From positions 72,620 to 136,619 of the forward strand of contig JAEOSU010000070.1 of NCBI GenBank assembly GCA_016840165.1: a stretch of DNA of 64,000 nt, read 5' to 3'. Below the pieces are notes generated by a model that did no database searches, had not been told where the DNA came from, and worked only from the letters and a program-made list of their open reading frames with translations. This DNA comes from Promethearchaeota archaeon (GTDB lineage Archaea > Asgardarchaeota > Lokiarchaeia > Sigyniarchaeales > SOKP01). The position numbers and the translations under genes were made by a program. Of the stretch, positions 59,531-64,000 are shown in pieces. Each line of letters starts with the position of its first letter. Within the stretch, counting starts at the first letter, position 1.

Positions 59531-60508
59531 ATGGAAAGTCTCCCTAATATAGATTTACTAACTGGTTTACTAGAAAATTATATGTATGAAGTAGATGGTG
59601 TTGCTGCTGTAGCGATATGTGACCGTGAAGGTTTAATTATTGCGTCAAAAAGCAGAGAAAAGGATGATAAGGAATCTGATTCGGTTATAGGAGCAATCTC
59701 TGCATTCATAGACAAGTATGTTGATAAAATAAAGAACGAGTACCAAACTCAAAGCAATTTCTTTAATATTACTTCTATGGAAGATAAGAAGTTAGCATAT
59801 TGTTCTATGGGAGAACATTCTATACTCACAACCATTGCGAACCCAATTACCTCTAATAATGAATTAAAGGTCTATTCAGAGCATATAGCGGCTAAGGTGG
59901 AATTGATTCTCGATGGGTATGAAAATGTTTCAATTGAGATTCCAGAAATCATCCGAGTATTATCAAGAAGGAAGGAGGGGAAACTTCCAACCGGGAGATA
60001 TACAGCGAAGTTGATTTTAACTGGCGATTTTAAAGTAGGAAAGACCTCGCTTATTCGGCGCTTTACCGAAAATAGTTTTTTAGATAGCTATATTTCTACA
60101 ATTGGAGTTGAAATTTCTAAAAAATCTGTAGTTTTAGACCAAAATACCCAAGTAAATTTTGTTCTTTGGGATATTGGAGGACAGATTTCCCAAATGGCAC
60201 CATACCGTAAGAGATTTTATGAGGGAGCTAATGCTGCTTTTATTGTTATAGATAGAACGAGAGAAGAGAATTTGAACAGTATTAAGAAATGGTACGATGA
60301 TATCAAACAATCTATTCCCGCAAAAATACCAATAGTCATTGTTGGGAATAAATCGGACCTAAAGGACGCTATTTTGATTAGTGAAAATGAAATTAAAGCA
60401 ACCGCTAAAGAACTTGGATTTCACAGTATAATGACCAGCGCTAAAACCGGAGAAAACGTTAATGAAACCTTTTTGTATATAGCATATCGATTTATCGAGA
60501 AAGCATAA
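59531..60508 (+). CDS. Roadblock/LC7 domain fused to Rab-like small GTPase
   Basis: VAICDREGLIIAS roadblock pattern; GDFKVGKT, STIGVE, WDIGGQ, NKSD, SAK. Confidence 0.9.
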   Translation: MESLPNIDLLTGLLENYMYEVDGVAAVAICDREGLIIASKSREKDDKESDSVIGAISAFIDKYVDKIKNEYQTQSNFFNITSMEDKKLAYCSMGEHSILTTIANPITSNNELKVYSEHIAAKVELILDGYENVSIEIPEIIRVLSRRKEGKLPTGRYTAKLILTGDFKVGKTSLIRRFTENSFLDSYISTIGVEISKKSVVLDQNTQVNFVLWDIGGQISQMAPYRKRFYEGANAAFIVIDRTREENLNSIKKWYDDIKQSIPAKIPIVIVGNKSDLKDAILISENEIKATAKELGFHSIMTSAKTGENVNETFLYIAYRFIEKA

Positions 60509-60610
60509 TTAAAAAATGTAAATTTATTTAGGCAAATCTGTTTTTTACATCATAGAAATGTTGTCTATTATTCCTCAATAGGAATAATTAATTTTATTAA
60601 ATAATAAAAG

Positions 60611-61546
60611 GTGATATATGAAATTCTAAAAGTCGAATTCAATGAGATTCTTGCAACTTGAAATACTGCTGGTTATCTTATGGGATTCTCAGTGAAAGAG
60701 ATGACGTACATGGAGAAGCATTTAATATATCTCACGGATCAAGAATATGCGGGACCATGGTTCAGTTTTAAGTTAAAAGGAAAAAATATTGGTACTGTCC
60801 CCGTAGTTTTAAAAAATATCGAACCTACCCCCATATATCAATTAATAAATAGTAGGAAAGGGACTAAAATTGACAGAATTACTCTTGACTTTGATATCAG
60901 GGAATATTTAAAAAAGCTAATTCGCAGGAAAGAAATTGCCCCTATAGAATTTAAAGATGAAAATCATAAGATTCGAATGTATATCGATGTTTTCTTGAGA
61001 CGGGGGCAAGCACCATATATGAATACTTTCTTTACGATTAAGAATAATTCTGATTTTGATTTAATTGATCTCTCAATGTTTTTCATTTTTGATTTTGATA
61101 TTAACGGTTTAGAAGGATTCGATAGCGATTCAGGAAACTATGATGAGCAGGAAGATATAATCTATCAGTATGACGCTTCAAATGTCCATGCAGGATTCTC
61201 TACTCTTTCCAAGCCGACGCATTATGAAATAGGTCTCACTCGCGAATTTGATCTAGGCAAAAAGCGTTTAAATCTTACTAATACGATTCATAATAAACCC
61301 GGGGAGATCTTATCAGCCTTACAAATAGAATTTAAAACACTTGAACCTAATCATTCATTCCAAACCGCTTTAACGATCTCGGGGGGCTATAGTAAAAAGG
61401 AACTATTTGAGAATATCAATGAAGGAAAGAGAGATGCTATCAAGTATTTGGCGCAAGTGAACCGATCTGTTAAATCAGAACAACGTAATCTTCAAGAAGC
61501 AGGATTTATAAAAATAAATTTGCAAGAAGCAAAAGATTGTAATTGA
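60611..61546 (+). CDS. Candidate selenoprotein of unknown function (Sec encoded by TGA 60659-60661)
   Basis: Frame opens at 60608; GTG 60611 or ATT 60623 (after AGGTGA); reads ...KVEFNEILAT-U-NTAGYL- into the called ORF 60680; SECIS-like hairpin right after the stop. The gene itself is high confidence, Sec moderate-high. Confidence 0.7.
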
Positions 61547-61549
61547 TCT

Positions 61550-61626
61550 TTAATCCTCTTAATGATTCAAATAAGAAAAACAATATAGAAATTATTTGAT
61601 GAAGACTTTGCGCGAGTGAGGATTAA
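61550..61626 (+). promoter_or_regulatory. Eukaryote-like (Lokiarchaeal type) SECIS element in 3' UTR
   Basis: Helix I TTAATCCTC/GAGGATTAA; core ATGAT (61562-66) opposite TGAA (61600-03) giving tandem GA/AG pairs; helix II TCAAATAA/TTATTTGA; apical loop begins GAAAAA. Confidence 0.7.
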
Positions 61627-61633
61627 TTGATTA

Positions 61634-62110
61634 TCAATTTCGAAGAGTTGCTAAAACTTTTTTCTCATCCATTAAAAAATGGATGGCATCAATACAATTA
61701 AAGAAAGCGATATCGCTGTTCATGAGGGTTTTGGAAGCTAATCCCTCTTTTCCTAAAATTGCAATACCAATGATAGCGCTTTTGATCATCATATAATCAT
61801 TGTTTCCATTGCCGATTGCGACTGTTTTTTCTTTTCCCAACTTCAATAATTCATTATTTTTTAGTTCTGCCTCTGAGAGTTCAGATGGAGAGATTCTAAT
61901 TGATTTAACTCCTAATCTTAAAGCAACTTTATCAAGATTTCCTCGAGTATCAGCCGAAATTAAAAATATATTAAAGTATGATTTTAGCTTCATAATTTTC
62001 TTCTTTAGTTTTGTTGGGACAATTCCATCAAACTGTATTGTACCATTTACATCAAATATAATATTCTCTATTTTTATTTTACCATAATTAGGAATATCAA
62101 AAATTCTCAT
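61634..62110 (-). CDS. HAD-superfamily hydrolase (soluble P-type ATPase-like)
   Basis: FDVNGT, SADTRG, IGNGNND motifs. Confidence 0.85.
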   Translation of the reverse strand: MRIFDIPNYGKIKIENIIFDVNGTIQFDGIVPTKLKKKIMKLKSYFNIFLISADTRGNLDKVALRLGVKSIRISPSELSEAELKNNELLKLGKEKTVAIGNGNNDYMMIKSAIIGIAILGKEGLASKTLMNSDIAFFNCIDAIHFLMDEKKVLATLRN

Positions 62111-62158
62111 AAGTAAATGAATATAGAATCATAAATAAATAAATAATAAGCAATAATA

Positions 62159-63259
62159 CTAGTTTAAAATCTGAGTATAATAGCCTACAATTCTTAACTT
62201 GTTATTGAAACGATTTAATTCAGTAATTATGCCTGTAATAGGCGTTCCATCACTATAGATGTTTTTATCAAACTTCATGGTCATAGTTCCACTCTCACCG
62301 GGAGATATTTCTTTTCCTTCTGTAAATTTGAAAGGAGAGATCTTAAGGTCCACAATTGCATAGTATTGAACCCCAAGACCAGGTATTAATTTTCCTTCCT
62401 TAGGAGTGTAATATTTATTAAGAAATACCTGTGCTTTAAACTCTTTAGTTGGTTTCAATATACCTTGAGTTGCTAATATATGATCTCTATTAATCTCACT
62501 AGGAGAAATATTACCTTTTAATGCAATTCCTACGCGATCGCCTATAAAAGCTTCTTTAAAATTCCTATCATGTTTTTGAATGCTTCGAATTATAACTTTT
62601 TTCCCTACACTTTCATTCCCGGTGAGTTCAAGCATTTGGCCTGCATGAATTTCTCCCTTATTCACTATCCCAAGAATAACCGTTCCAATCCCTTTTACGG
62701 GAAAAACATGATCTATTACAATTTTTGAATATTTAATTGAACTATCTTGGGCAATTAGGACTATATCGTTAAAATCTGAGATCTTATCCTTTAATAATTC
62801 CAGATCCTCCTTACTTCTAACTATAAATGTTTCAGTACCTCGCAAACTAGAAGTATTGAGAATTAAATTAATTTTCTTAACCGTATTAGCAAGCTTCCAT
62901 TCATTTTTTTCATTGATACCAGTGATGACTACTAAAGAATGAGTCTGATATAATTGATGATGCAGATCCATCCCAACTAATATTTCTCCAGTAATCGCGG
63001 TTAAATCATAATTTAGATCGATTACTAAAATATGGATATTAGTCATTGCGAGCGTTTGAAGGAAGGGTTTAATCTTTTCGGGATATTCAATTGGTGTGAG
63101 AGCACAAAATACTTGATTGCGTTTTATATCCAACCTATTATAGAATTGAATATCAGATCTCGTTCCAGGCGATCCTAAAGTTTGCCCAATGAGATTATTT
63201 TGACTCTCACTTTCTCCAAAGATACCTACGATAAAATTAGCTTCTTTAACTTCACTCAT
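62159..63259 (-). CDS. Archaeal SelB-like translation factor homolog (degenerate G domain)
   Basis: Domain II DHVFPVKGIGTVILG, IRSIQKHD, GDRVGIALK; N-terminal domain lacks GxxxxGKT. Confidence 0.75.
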   Translation of the reverse strand: MSEVKEANFIVGIFGESESQNNLIGQTLGSPGTRSDIQFYNRLDIKRNQVFCALTPIEYPEKIKPFLQTLAMTNIHILVIDLNYDLTAITGEILVGMDLHHQLYQTHSLVVITGINEKNEWKLANTVKKINLILNTSSLRGTETFIVRSKEDLELLKDKISDFNDIVLIAQDSSIKYSKIVIDHVFPVKGIGTVILGIVNKGEIHAGQMLELTGNESVGKKVIIRSIQKHDRNFKEAFIGDRVGIALKGNISPSEINRDHILATQGILKPTKEFKAQVFLNKYYTPKEGKLIPGLGVQYYAIVDLKISPFKFTEGKEISPGESGTMTMKFDKNIYSDGTPITGIITELNRFNNKLRIVGYYTQILN

Positions 63260-63398
63260 TGAGAAAGTGTAATAGTTCTTAACACATATAATTTACGAAA
63301 AAAGCATAAAGTTTAAAAGTAAAGCAATTTGGAAAGCATAATTTGAATTGTATCCCATGATAATAAGATTAATATGAATTCCTTAATGATTCTCAACT

Positions 63399-64000
63399 AT
63401 GGTAAAAACTAGTCGAGTGAATCAAGTAATTCTTATCATATTTGATTGTATTCGGGCATCGCATATGTTTGAATTAATTAACGCTGGAAAGCTTCCCAAC
63501 ATTGCAGAACTTACAAAGAGCGGAATAGTATGTAATAATTGCGTCACCTCATATCCAAGCATTACTTTCCCTTGCTACGGAAATATAATGACCGGATCTT
63601 ATTCTGGATATTTTCCAAAAGAAGGAAACGCAGTTCCACTATATCATTGGCTAGATAGAACTGATCCTCCCAAAGTAGGAAAAAAACCTCCATTTTATCG
63701 AAAATATTCAGATAGATCGAAAGTATTAAAAATAAATACAGATATTGGAAAAAATGTAAAAACAATATTTGAACAAGCTCCTGAGGGGAATATGTTAAGC
63801 TCCTTTTGTTTTTTATATCGTGGAGCTCATTTTACAATGCCTAAAGTAGTTTCTGATGTAGAGAGTATATTTAAAAATATTTCAAATGGTTTTACAAATC
63901 CTAGTATTTATTTCTCTAATAATGAAGTTCCATTAATAAGCGTAGGTTATATTATGCATACAGATGATATTATGCATGAAAAAGGATTTGCACATCCTGA
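63399..64000 (+). CDS. Alkaline phosphatase superfamily / nucleotide pyrophosphatase-phosphodiesterase, truncated by window end
   Basis: Own translation: MVKTSRVNQVILIIFDCIR...GKLPNI...TSYPSITFP...IMTG...TDDIMHEKG; absent from the ORF track because there is no stop. Confidence 0.8.
   Translation, partial: MVKTSRVNQVILIIFDCIRASHMFELINAGKLPNIAELTKSGIVCNNCVTSYPSITFPCYGNIMTGSYSGYFPKEGNAVPLYHWLDRTDPPKVGKKPPFYRKYSDRSKVLKINTDIGKNVKTIFEQAPEGNMLSSFCFLYRGAHFTMPKVVSDVESIFKNISNGFTNPSIYFSNNEVPLISVGYIMHTDDIMHEKGFAHP

Noticed and set aside
61544-61546. Terminal TGA of the Sec candidate as a second Sec (C-N-U)
   Set aside because: Only a few nucleotides from the SECIS, and readthrough would translate into the hairpin; treated as a stop, though not formally excluded.
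6959-62087. Numerous short nested ORFs in the track (e.g. 7961, 33890, 38442, 43753, 50606, 61800)
   Set aside because: Antisense shadows of motif-supported genes.
62159-63259. Calling this the true Sec elongation factor SelB
   Set aside because: Lacks GTPase G1/G3/G4 motifs and the C-terminal extension; fits the SelB-like family instead.
63562-63765. 67-aa minus-strand ORF
   Set aside because: Antisense to the truncated alkaline-phosphatase-family gene starting at 63399.
1-64000. CRISPR arrays, rRNA, transposases, proviral genes
   Set aside because: No regularly spaced repeats or diagnostic motifs seen by eye.

Overview
AT-rich archaeal chromosomal window, most consistent with an Asgard archaeon (Lokiarchaeia/Promethearchaeia). 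The evidence is a gelsolin-domain protein, Rab/Arf-like small GTPases, roadblock and longin-like domains, Loki-CTERM-type surface proteins, and Nre, PAC2 and DUF2070 genes. It holds about 60 CDS and two tRNAs, Ala(GGC) with a non-canonical 43/44 BHB intron and Leu(CAG). I found no CRISPR array, rRNA or mobile element. The top finding is a hidden candidate selenoprotein at 60611-61546. It has an in-frame UGA at codon ~17 that the ORF caller missed and a eukaryote-like SECIS hairpin directly after the stop (61550-61626). The protein is unlike the selenoprotein families I know and lies near a SelB-like gene. Other notable signals: a probable -1 frameshift (G_GAT_TTT) joining a MoxR AAA+ ATPase to a VWA protein; repeated ATA/ATT start codons; an ECF transporter operon with surface Moco-fold and DOMON proteins; a dual non-pyrrolysine MttB/corrinoid/PLP-lyase cluster; and two unannotated paralogous micro-proteins. 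All functional calls come from motif recognition by eye; no searches were run.
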